A DNA stretch of 64,000 bases from an uncultured Candidatus Saccharibacteria bacterium (GTDB taxonomy: Bacteria; Patescibacteriota; Minisyncoccia; Phycocordibacterales; UBA9973), in NCBI GenBank assembly GCA_964498035.1, contig CAZCFW010000001.1, positions 57,286 to 121,285 on the forward strand, given 5' to 3'. This document shows, one piece after another, positions 20,462-27,978 of the stretch. Each line of letters begins with the position of its first letter. Within the stretch, counting starts at the first letter, position 1. Under the pieces are notes generated by a model, which had not been told where the DNA came from, did no database searches, and worked only from the letters and a program-made list of their open reading frames with translations. Both the position numbers and the translations under genes were made by a program.

Positions 20462-21310
20462 TTATCCTCTTACACAACGAGCGTATAGAGTAGATGCAGT
20501 TTTATTCTGAAGTGAACTTCCCCCGTAACCAAATTCTACTTGCCATACATCAGAATGACCAATAAATAATGCATTACCAGTAGAAGACCAGTAAGCTCCG
20601 CTAGATGGAGTAGCTGGGAAATATGTAGTATCAATAGCAGGACTGTTACTTTCAAGTTTAGTTATTGAAATAAGTTCCATTCTGTTTGGTAGACGCCAGT
20701 CAGTATAGCTCGCAGTTGTGGCCGCTTCGCAGGTAGTTATAGATGTTGCAAAAGTCATTTGAGTTGCTGTTCCAGTGCCACATGACGCCCCAGAAAGGCC
20801 TTCTGTACATTGCTGCCACATTAGAGTTGTGGCGTTGTCAGTAACAGTACTGTTACTATTATCTGTATATCTATCCCCACTTGATGGTAGACCTTTCAGG
20901 TATTCACCATCTTGACCCGTGCCAGTACAAGAGACTGTTGTGTTACTAGAATTTCGGCATATAGTCTGCCCAGTCTTCGGTAAACCCCCTCCGGCAGAAA
21001 GTGTGCCGGCTACTCCCATATAAGTAGTGCCAGATGCAATCTTAGTGGCATCGAGTGTTGGCAATGCTTCGAAAATTTCTTTCAAAGTATGAAAAGTTGC
21101 AGCAGCTGTGCCTGGTGTGGTGAAAGATTGCGCAGCTTCGGTCGCACTCACAGTGTTGTCTATAATTTTATTGTAAATTCCATCGAGAGTATACATCACA
21201 CTTGCTGGAGTAGCACTAGGTGTGAGTGAACCTGCAAAAGTTGTGCGCACAAATGCACCAATCACAAACGCTGCTAAAATATATATCCCAATTTTTAAAT
21301 TTGTTTTCAT
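20462..21310 (-). CDS. Exported protein with C-terminal DUF1566/Lcl (C-type-lectin-like) domain
   Basis: Signal peptide, LPKTGQ, TVTDNATTLMWQQC, DWRLPNRMEL, YWSST and terminal ARCVR motifs. Confidence 0.85.
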   Translation of the reverse strand: MKTNLKIGIYILAAFVIGAFVRTTFAGSLTPSATPASVMYTLDGIYNKIIDNTVSATEAAQSFTTPGTAAATFHTLKEIFEALPTLDATKIASGTTYMGVAGTLSAGGGLPKTGQTICRNSSNTTVSCTGTGQDGEYLKGLPSSGDRYTDNSNSTVTDNATTLMWQQCTEGLSGASCGTGTATQMTFATSITTCEAATTASYTDWRLPNRMELISITKLESNSPAIDTTYFPATPSSGAYWSSTGNALFIGHSDVWQVEFGYGGSSLQNKTASTLYARCVRG

Positions 21311-21316
21311 AAAATA

Positions 21317-22096
21317 TTAATTAGCTAATAATGAATTAATAATTGCTATAGTTTTAGGGCCGACAATTCCGTCCGGAACTAAACTATTCTCTTTTTGGAA
21401 TTTCTTTATTGCAAAGATTGTTTTGTTGCCAATCTTCCCGTCTTCTACAAGCGGTGCAAGTGCATTTGATTTAATAAATTTATTCAAAGCTTTTTGTAAT
21501 TCTTTAATCTCAGGAATAGGAGATTTTCTAGAAATACTTTTCCCAAATTTAAAATCTATAGTCTTTGGAGGATTTATGGTTGGTGCTTTGACCTCAGGAG
21601 TAGAAAATGGAGCCAAATTTACAGCAACACGACTTGATCCATATGTTCTGCTTGCAGGCTGAATCCAAGAAGTATCGACTTTGTAGTCTACAGTAGAGCA
21701 ACTACTCGTGTTACTACAATTCATCGATATCCAGCCTATGTTTGGACTATATGCATATCCAGAAAAAATCCCAGACTCAATGTTAATACTAACCTGAGAA
21801 AAATCAATCCAGCCAGTATTCTCGCTCCATGCATAGCCTGAGAGAACCCCACGAGCATTTGTAATTCCATAATCCACAGTACTACAGCTATCGGTATTAC
21901 TACAATTCATGGATATCCAGCCAATATTTGGGCTGTATGCATAACCTGAAATAGTAGTTGTGGATACTGTAACTGCAGAAAAATCAATCCAGCCAGTATT
22001 CTCGCTCCATGCATATCCTGAAGTAGAGTCAGCAAAAGCACTTTGTGCAAAAAATATTGCTGACAAAAATATTATAGATATTGAAAAATTTTTCAC
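21317..22096 (-). CDS. Exported protein with tandem GYAW/GWI repeats and a C-terminal peptidoglycan-binding domain
   Basis: Signal peptide; two 60-aa repeats (SGYAWSENTGWIDFS...SGYAYSPNIGWISMNC); ELQKAL..EDGKIGNKT..AIKKFQ..DGIVGPKT PG_binding_1 pattern. Confidence 0.8.
   Translation of the reverse strand: MKNFSISIIFLSAIFFAQSAFADSTSGYAWSENTGWIDFSAVTVSTTTISGYAYSPNIGWISMNCSNTDSCSTVDYGITNARGVLSGYAWSENTGWIDFSQVSINIESGIFSGYAYSPNIGWISMNCSNTSSCSTVDYKVDTSWIQPASRTYGSSRVAVNLAPFSTPEVKAPTINPPKTIDFKFGKSISRKSPIPEIKELQKALNKFIKSNALAPLVEDGKIGNKTIFAIKKFQKENSLVPDGIVGPKTIAIINSLLAN
21797..22015. repeat. Intragenic direct repeat, 180-bp period
   Basis: 39-bp identical block at 21797-21835 and 21977-22015. Confidence 0.9.
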
Positions 22097-22137
22097 TGCT
22101 TAATTATACAATATACAGCTCTACTCAACAAATTTAA

Positions 22138-23157
22138 TTAAGCAGAGTACTTCTCTATGAGTTTATTTGCTTCAGCTGGATTTGCCTTCATCTCAAGGAG
22201 TGCTGTGAGCATAAGTGGCACCACGATTGTTGCATCAGATTCTACGACGAACATTGGAGTGTCTTTTGTGAGCTTGTCCCAAGTGATCTTTTCATTTGGA
22301 GTAGCACCTGAGTATGAACCGTATGAAGTAGTTGAGTCTGAGATTTGACAGAAGTATGCCCAAGGCTTCACTTCTTGCTCCATGTCGTACTTAAGTGATG
22401 GCACTACGCATATTGGGAAGTCTCCAGCTATACCTCCACCGATTTGGAAGAAGCCAATTCCCTCTCCTTCAGAAAGCTTCTGGTATTGATCATAAAATTC
22501 TCCCATGTATTCGATACCACTTTTTGCAATAGAAGCTGAGGCGTCGCCGTGCTTCACGTGTGATGCGAATATGTTTCCGAAAGTAGAGTCCTCATATCCT
22601 GGAACTACGATTGGAATGTTGTTCTCAGCGGCAGCAAGGAGCCAGCATTCTTCAGCTTTACCTTCATGCTTTTCTTTATCAATAGCTTGGATTAAATCAT
22701 AAAAATATTCATGCCAGAATTTGCGAGTGCCGTTCTTTGTAGCTTCTTCCCATACTGGCACAATGTGCTTCTCCACAGCGCGGAAAGCTTCATCCTCAGG
22801 AATACTTGTGTCTGTCACACGGCGCATACGATTCTCGAGAATCTTTGTGTCGTCTTCCTTTGTGAAATATCTGTAATCTGGAAAGTCCTTATATGAATCA
22901 TGAGCAACTAGGCGGAAAAGTGATTCCTCAAGGTTTGCACCTGTGACAGACATACCGCTGATAAGTCCTGCGCGGATAGCTGGTGCAAGCACGATACCAA
23001 GCTGTGCGGAAGACATAGCTCCAGCTACTGCCCAAAACATCTTGCCTCCTTTCTCTGCGTGGCGCCAGTAAGCGATGAGAGCATCGCGAGTAGCACGAGC
23101 ATTAAAGTTCTTGTAATTTTTTAATATAAATTCTAATGTGTGTAAATTATTTTGCAT
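22138..23157 (-). CDS. Deoxyhypusine synthase-like protein (probable homospermidine synthase)
   Basis: GAMSSAQLG, TGANLEE, IGGGIAGDF and GSYSGATPNEKITWDKL, with the catalytic Lys position retained; clustered with speA and speB. Confidence 0.88.
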   Translation of the reverse strand: MQNNLHTLEFILKNYKNFNARATRDALIAYWRHAEKGGKMFWAVAGAMSSAQLGIVLAPAIRAGLISGMSVTGANLEESLFRLVAHDSYKDFPDYRYFTKEDDTKILENRMRRVTDTSIPEDEAFRAVEKHIVPVWEEATKNGTRKFWHEYFYDLIQAIDKEKHEGKAEECWLLAAAENNIPIVVPGYEDSTFGNIFASHVKHGDASASIAKSGIEYMGEFYDQYQKLSEGEGIGFFQIGGGIAGDFPICVVPSLKYDMEQEVKPWAYFCQISDSTTSYGSYSGATPNEKITWDKLTKDTPMFVVESDATIVVPLMLTALLEMKANPAEANKLIEKYSA

Positions 23158-23220
23158 ATGACTATTTTAATATAAATTAATTTATAAGGAAAGCGTAACA
23201 AATTATTTTAAAGCTTCACA

Positions 23221-23448
23221 AATTATATTCTGAAAAAAGTCCTCGGATCTCCTGTCCAGCCGATTCTGCTGAATCGCAGGCAGGCCAGACATTTTTTCAT
23301 AAAATAATTCGCTCCGCTTGAGCCCAAGAATCAATATATTGCTGTAGATGCAAGGCGGAGGTGAGTACTGCGACCAAAATGTATACTCATACATTGCGAG
23401 AGCAAACGGAACCAGCAACGCAGCAGATGCGGTAATATATTGGTTCTT
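23221..23448 (+). other. Two adjacent long stem-loop elements (structured RNA or REP-like repeat)
   Basis: 21-bp stem 23326-23346/23428-23448 whose four non-Watson-Crick pairs are all G-U on the + strand; internal hairpin aatgtat-actc-atacatt; second hairpin at 23221-23309. Confidence 0.6.
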
Positions 23449-23451
23449 AAA

Positions 23452-24831
23452 TTACCAGCCGAAATTCTTACCCACCTCGTCTGGTGTTTCTCTCTTACGT
23501 GCTACTACAATGTGCCCATTTTCAGCCACAATTTTAAGTGGTGAGGAAAGCATGCAGTGGTGCGCAGCAAGTGGGTCTTGGTATGCACCAGTATCAAGCA
23601 CAGCTATATACATAGGGTCTCCATCATTCATATCGTAGTCTGGAAGTGTTACAGATCCATTTACTCCTGTATAGATATCATCAGAATCACAAGAAGATCC
23701 TGCTAGCCATACATCCTCCAATTTATCATCCCTCTTATTGTTGAGTGGAATCACAGACCACTTCTGGCCAATAGCCCATGTGTCGAGAAGGTCATTCATG
23801 AAGCTACCATCTATTACATACCACTTCTTTGCATCTGCTTTTTTATTTGAAATGAGTTTACTATCGATAACTTTAAATATCGTAATTTGAGCAGGTGCTA
23901 CTATGTAGCGGCCCCATTCACACACGAGGTTTGGATGTGGCATTCCGCGCTTTTCAGATTCCTTCACGATAAGTGCGAAAATCTTATCCATCAATTTATC
24001 TACTGGGTAGCTACGATTGCGTGTGTATGGGATAGGCATTCCTCCTCCGATGTCGAGGGTGTCGAGAGATGGATTCTTCTCCTTTACTTTGAAGTACACA
24101 TCGAGTGCGTACTTGATAGGGCCGATCACATCAGAGAGCTTCTCGATCTGTGAGCCTATGTGGTAGTGAATAATTTTCAAATTCTTGAAGCTTCCCATGT
24201 CGATGATTTCTTTCGCAGAAAATCCGAAACGATCTATCGGCTTGTTCCAGTATGAAGCAGCCTTCACTGGCATGTCGAGGCGGATGCCCACATCATACTT
24301 TGAGTGCTGAAGGAATTTGAGCTCATTTGGGCCTTCGATAAGTGGAAAGATCTTCACGCCTTTATGCTGAAGGTCGTCTATAAGGTTTATGTATTTGTCT
24401 GTCTTAGGGCCAGAGCAAAGAATGCGGATATTTGGGTTGAAAGATTCTTGCTCAAGCATCTTCTTCACGAGCCATAGGTCATTGAAGGATGAAGTCTCAA
24501 GGTGAGCACCTTCAGAGACCATAGCCATTACCACCTCCTTATTTTGGTTCACTTTCATTGGGTAGTGGTAAAAGAACTTGCCTTTATAACCTACTTTCTT
24601 CGAGAGCTGGAATGACAAGTCTAGGAAGTCCTCAATTCTTTCCTCAATAATGAATGGGAAAAGAATCTCGAGTGATGTGCCCATCTTCTCAGCTAAATAA
24701 CGAATGTTATAAATATTATTTCCTTCTTTTACTACAAGGTCACCGTCTTTATTAAAGTCGAAATATTGTGTATTCCAATCTTTAGATCCGAGCTTCCATA
24801 ATTTTCGGGAAGCAGATACATTTTTGTGCAT
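23452..24831 (-). CDS. speA: Arginine decarboxylase (fold-type III PLP enzyme, short form)
   Basis: YPMKVNQ PLP lysine, HYHIGSQ, DIGGG, EWGR, SCDSD, GAYQ motifs. Confidence 0.82.
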   Translation of the reverse strand: MHKNVSASRKLWKLGSKDWNTQYFDFNKDGDLVVKEGNNIYNIRYLAEKMGTSLEILFPFIIEERIEDFLDLSFQLSKKVGYKGKFFYHYPMKVNQNKEVVMAMVSEGAHLETSSFNDLWLVKKMLEQESFNPNIRILCSGPKTDKYINLIDDLQHKGVKIFPLIEGPNELKFLQHSKYDVGIRLDMPVKAASYWNKPIDRFGFSAKEIIDMGSFKNLKIIHYHIGSQIEKLSDVIGPIKYALDVYFKVKEKNPSLDTLDIGGGMPIPYTRNRSYPVDKLMDKIFALIVKESEKRGMPHPNLVCEWGRYIVAPAQITIFKVIDSKLISNKKADAKKWYVIDGSFMNDLLDTWAIGQKWSVIPLNNKRDDKLEDVWLAGSSCDSDDIYTGVNGSVTLPDYDMNDGDPMYIAVLDTGAYQDPLAAHHCMLSSPLKIVAENGHIVVARKRETPDEVGKNFGW

Positions 24832-24948
24832 TATTTATCACGCTGGAGCAGTACCTAGAACTTTTTAGGGCTCTCATTCCTGTTCATACGCACTAACGAT
24901 TAATAAAGTAATAATAGCAGAAATCTCCAGGATGTAAAGTCCTTTAGG

Positions 24949-24957
24949 TTATCCACA
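24949..24957 (+). promoter_or_regulatory. DnaA box
   Basis: Perfect TTATCCACA in the divergent speA / 25033 promoter region. Confidence 0.6.
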
Positions 24958-25032
24958 TGTTATTTTCTATTTACTAATAAAATTGTATGTGCTTTAATTA
25001 TAAAAAATTAACAAACAAACATTACACCTACC

Positions 25033-25629
25033 ATGAGCAACCCAGAACGTGCCCTCATTGAAGCGGGCCACTACTATCAATCCTATGGACCAACATTTTG
25101 GTCAAACCTTGGAGTAGCTATTTCTAAAAAAATAAGCTCCAAAAATGATCATTCGATGTTATTTGTAGATGATGTTCACCCACTTGAAAACGTATCAAGG
25201 CACGAGGTAATCCACCCTGTGGTACCCCTCATCTTTGATCCAGACCACACCACATTGGAGTCTTCAATGATTCCACTTGCCCATGAATTGCAAAGAAAGT
25301 TAATGCAGTTGCCTAAAAAACTTAGACCAGAACTTAACAAAAAAAATGGAAAGTATTTCATGTCCGGATTCCCCATCACTCATCCTGATGGACGGCCAAC
25401 ATGTGTACTCCTTGATGCTGCGCTTAGTATGCACAAGTATCACTTGGGCTATAAAAGAAACTTTAATGTACTACCGTTATTTTATGAGGAGGAGCAACAT
25501 AATTTAACGAAGATCTTTAAAAGAATTTTCCCGAGTGATTTTGAACTTCAAACAATTCTCTTCAATGAGAAGGGTGAGCAAGTCGGTAATGTTAGGTATA
25601 CAAATTTAATTCACCACGAGGTGCATTAA
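25033..25629 (+). CDS. Uncharacterised protein, candidate minimal HUP/class-I-aaRS-like domain
   Basis: IEAGHYY, LFVDD, LESS, PTCVLLDAA, NVLP..YEEEQ motif order; has its own terminator. Confidence 0.65.
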   Translation: MSNPERALIEAGHYYQSYGPTFWSNLGVAISKKISSKNDHSMLFVDDVHPLENVSRHEVIHPVVPLIFDPDHTTLESSMIPLAHELQRKLMQLPKKLRPELNKKNGKYFMSGFPITHPDGRPTCVLLDAALSMHKYHLGYKRNFNVLPLFYEEEQHNLTKIFKRIFPSDFELQTILFNEKGEQVGNVRYTNLIHHEVH

Positions 25630-25649
25630 TATTATTCCAAAATTTATTT

Positions 25650-25685
25650 ATAGAGCAGACCATTCATGGTTCTGCTCTATTTTTT
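25650..25685 (+). terminator. Intrinsic terminator
   Basis: atagagcaga-ccat-tc-atgg-t-tctgctctat followed by T run, between convergent genes. Confidence 0.7.
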
Positions 25686-25689
25686 ATTA

Positions 25690-26397
25690 CTATTTGTATG
25701 ACTCATCGACAGCATAATTTGCAAGTATATTTATAGTATTGAAAAGTTTTAATGCTGAATCATTTTGATTAATTGCAAGTGGCAATTCTGTGCACCCAAG
25801 TACAATACCTTCAGCTCCTAATGCCTCCATCCTATTAATAATCCTTAACATAATTTCTTTTTCAGTAGCTCCCTGTTTTCCAGCCATGACTTGGAGGACA
25901 ACATTATCAAGTTCGTTTTGCTCATCATCTGTAGCACTGATTGTTGAAATCTCAGATTTTTCAATTGCATCTTTATATAAATTTAAATCTCTCGTACTGC
26001 GAGAAGATAGAATACCAACTTTTTTGAAATTGTTATTTTTAATTTCTGATACTGTAGATTCAACTATACTTATAATAGGTATAGAAATTTGTTCACGCAT
26101 ATCTTTTGTAAAATGATGCACAGTATTACATGGTAATGTAATAAAATCTGCACCCCATGATTCTAATTTCTTTACTCCTTCGATAAGTTGAGTCTTAACC
26201 ATTTCAGCATCAGCAAAGCCCGTTTCATTAAATCCTACCATTGGCATATTGTATAAATAAACTTTTGCAAAATCAGTATCTTGCTCTGCTCCATATTTAT
26301 TTTGAGCAATCTGTACAATATCCTGAAAGAAATTCGCCGTAGCAGCAGGCCCTGCTCCTCCTAGTATTCCTATAATTTTTGTTGGTTTTAGAGACAT
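25690..26397 (-). CDS. Aspartate/glutamate racemase family protein
   Basis: IGILGGAGPAAT, LPCNTVH and LGCTELP two-cysteine motifs; start ATG 26397, 6 nt after TATAAT. Confidence 0.88.
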   Translation of the reverse strand: MSLKPTKIIGILGGAGPAATANFFQDIVQIAQNKYGAEQDTDFAKVYLYNMPMVGFNETGFADAEMVKTQLIEGVKKLESWGADFITLPCNTVHHFTKDMREQISIPIISIVESTVSEIKNNNFKKVGILSSRSTRDLNLYKDAIEKSEISTISATDDEQNELDNVVLQVMAGKQGATEKEIMLRIINRMEALGAEGIVLGCTELPLAINQNDSALKLFNTINILANYAVDESYK

Positions 26398-26469
26398 ATG
26401 TGTATTATACATAATATTGATTTTAATAAAAGAAAAAGGACTGCACGTTTTACAGTACAGTCCTTGTTG

Positions 26470-27612
26470 TTATTTTTGTGTCGAGAATTCGATTTGTTCA
26501 TACAGTGCATTTGGTTTTTTATAAAACCACGCCCATTCCTTATCACCATATGAATAATGCCACCATTCGCCGTAATACGGCGCAAAACCTTCTTCCACCA
26601 TGAGGTCATGCAGAAACATCCGGTTCCACATCTGTACCCCAGTGATTTTTTCAGAGTACATCTTGAATTTTTCCGGATCCCGAAAGTCGGCATATTCCGT
26701 TCCCATATCGAGATCACTATAATTTGAGATAGTTACATCCACAGCACCGCCAGTCGGATGACCAGCAGTTTCAGGATTAGCAACCATCGTGTTCGCAAGT
26801 TCATTTAATGAAACTTCATCCATAGCTAGGTGCTGTAAATGAAGGTCATCTTTTATCTTTTTAAACCATTCTCGTTGTATTCTTGGATGACGATACCCAT
26901 ACAGTACCTTGAGACGATAATTATTATGGTACTTTTTAAGCAATATTTGAGCAACAGCATCTAATTTCAATGCTATAGTTTCCCTAACCCAGATATCTTT
27001 CTCTAGGTAAGGAATATTCTCAGATTGGCTGTGTTCGCAGATACAACTCGTAAGTTCTTTAGATATATTGATCATCTTTTCTCCACATTCGATAGTGAGG
27101 ACTGTCTTCAGATCAATATATTTTGGAATTTTAGGCTTACCATTTTCTAAATCATCACTTTTGTATACAAGAGCAACCAACTCCTTACCCCACATACTTC
27201 TTGAAAGCCAGATGGTTCTTGATTCCCATCTGTTGGTCTGGGAAATGAACTGAATCAATTTTATACAAGTAATACCACGAACATTATCAAAAACATCCCC
27301 AAAAAAGCAAAGGGATTTCTTATTCTTGTATGGATTTAAAAAGAGCGCTACCTCAGGTTCATCCTGATAGGTAACCAAAAAGTTTGCCATATTTGAATTT
27401 AGAACAGCATATTCTGAACTCTTAATGACATACTGGTAGAATTCATAACCACACTGACTTCGCTCACTATCCTCAATAAAGGGGTTGCTGATAATTTTAA
27501 GTGTTGTAGGGTCAAACGGAATTCTTCCGCGTAGCCCATGTCGCGATACATGATCTATCCCATATTGAGAGAGATCAAAAGTTTCTGAACTAAGATCAAT
27601 TTTTTCTTTCAT
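26470..27612 (-). CDS. Unknown N-terminal domain fused to a VanX-type (M15D) D-Ala-D-Ala dipeptidase
   Basis: C-terminal half has YGYRHP..Q, AGHPTGGAVDVT, DMGT and EWWHYSYGD; about 170-aa N-terminus unrecognised. Confidence 0.8.
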   Translation of the reverse strand: MKEKIDLSSETFDLSQYGIDHVSRHGLRGRIPFDPTTLKIISNPFIEDSERSQCGYEFYQYVIKSSEYAVLNSNMANFLVTYQDEPEVALFLNPYKNKKSLCFFGDVFDNVRGITCIKLIQFISQTNRWESRTIWLSRSMWGKELVALVYKSDDLENGKPKIPKYIDLKTVLTIECGEKMINISKELTSCICEHSQSENIPYLEKDIWVRETIALKLDAVAQILLKKYHNNYRLKVLYGYRHPRIQREWFKKIKDDLHLQHLAMDEVSLNELANTMVANPETAGHPTGGAVDVTISNYSDLDMGTEYADFRDPEKFKMYSEKITGVQMWNRMFLHDLMVEEGFAPYYGEWWHYSYGDKEWAWFYKKPNALYEQIEFSTQK

Positions 27613-27779
27613 TGATTTGAGGTAATAAATTAAATTTTCAAAGAACCACTAGGTAGGTTCGTTCTCCTTGAAATTTTTGTGAAGGTGAGTATTTCAAACT
27701 CTCCGTTTAGTGCTGTACCCGTACAGAAGTAAACAATATATATTTTTCTTAAGGACTGAACCTCTTGCCTGTAAATAAC

Positions 27780-27805
27780 AAAAGCGACCATTTGAGGTCG
27801 CTTTT
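27780..27805 (-). terminator. Intrinsic terminator downstream of dnaJ
   Basis: aaaagcgacc-atttga-ggtcgctttt perfect 10-bp arms. Confidence 0.7.
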
Positions 27806-27844
27806 GAAAATTCGTAATTTTGTTTTTGAATTTTGGAGATTTAT

Positions 27845-27978
27845 TTATACACAAACTCTCACAAGCGCCCTCAAATTTTGAGTCGCTCTTCGACGGTTAT
27901 TTATCTGTGCATGAATGTAATTCATAATTTATATATAACACTTGCCAAACTAAATGTAAATGTTTTAATTGTGGATAA
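27845..27978. promoter_or_regulatory. Pair of oppositely oriented DnaA boxes
   Basis: TTATACACA (+, 27845-27853) and TTATCCACA (-, 27970-27978). Confidence 0.5.

Noticed and set aside
20462-20620. DUF1566 C-terminus as an active diversity-generating retroelement variable region
   Set aside because: No reverse transcriptase or template repeat was seen in the window, and many codons end in A (gga, gca, tta, gta, caa), unlike typical AAY-derived variable regions. A remote DGR cannot be excluded.
22138-23157. Hypusination of eIF5A or EF-P
   Set aside because: No efp or aIF5A gene is adjacent; the speA/speB context favours polyamine synthesis.
23203-23638. Small ORFs 23203-23418 (-) and 23348-23638 (+)
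   Set aside because: They overlap the structured element or speA antisense and lack protein-like features; the base-pairing pattern explains the region better.
26470-27612. Vancomycin resistance cluster
   Set aside because: No vanA/vanH ligase-dehydrogenase or vanRS pair is adjacent; VanX-type peptidases are widespread.
27806-27978. Chromosomal origin oriC
   Set aside because: Only two boxes, no dnaA/dnaN nearby, and gene orientation stays mostly minus on both sides.
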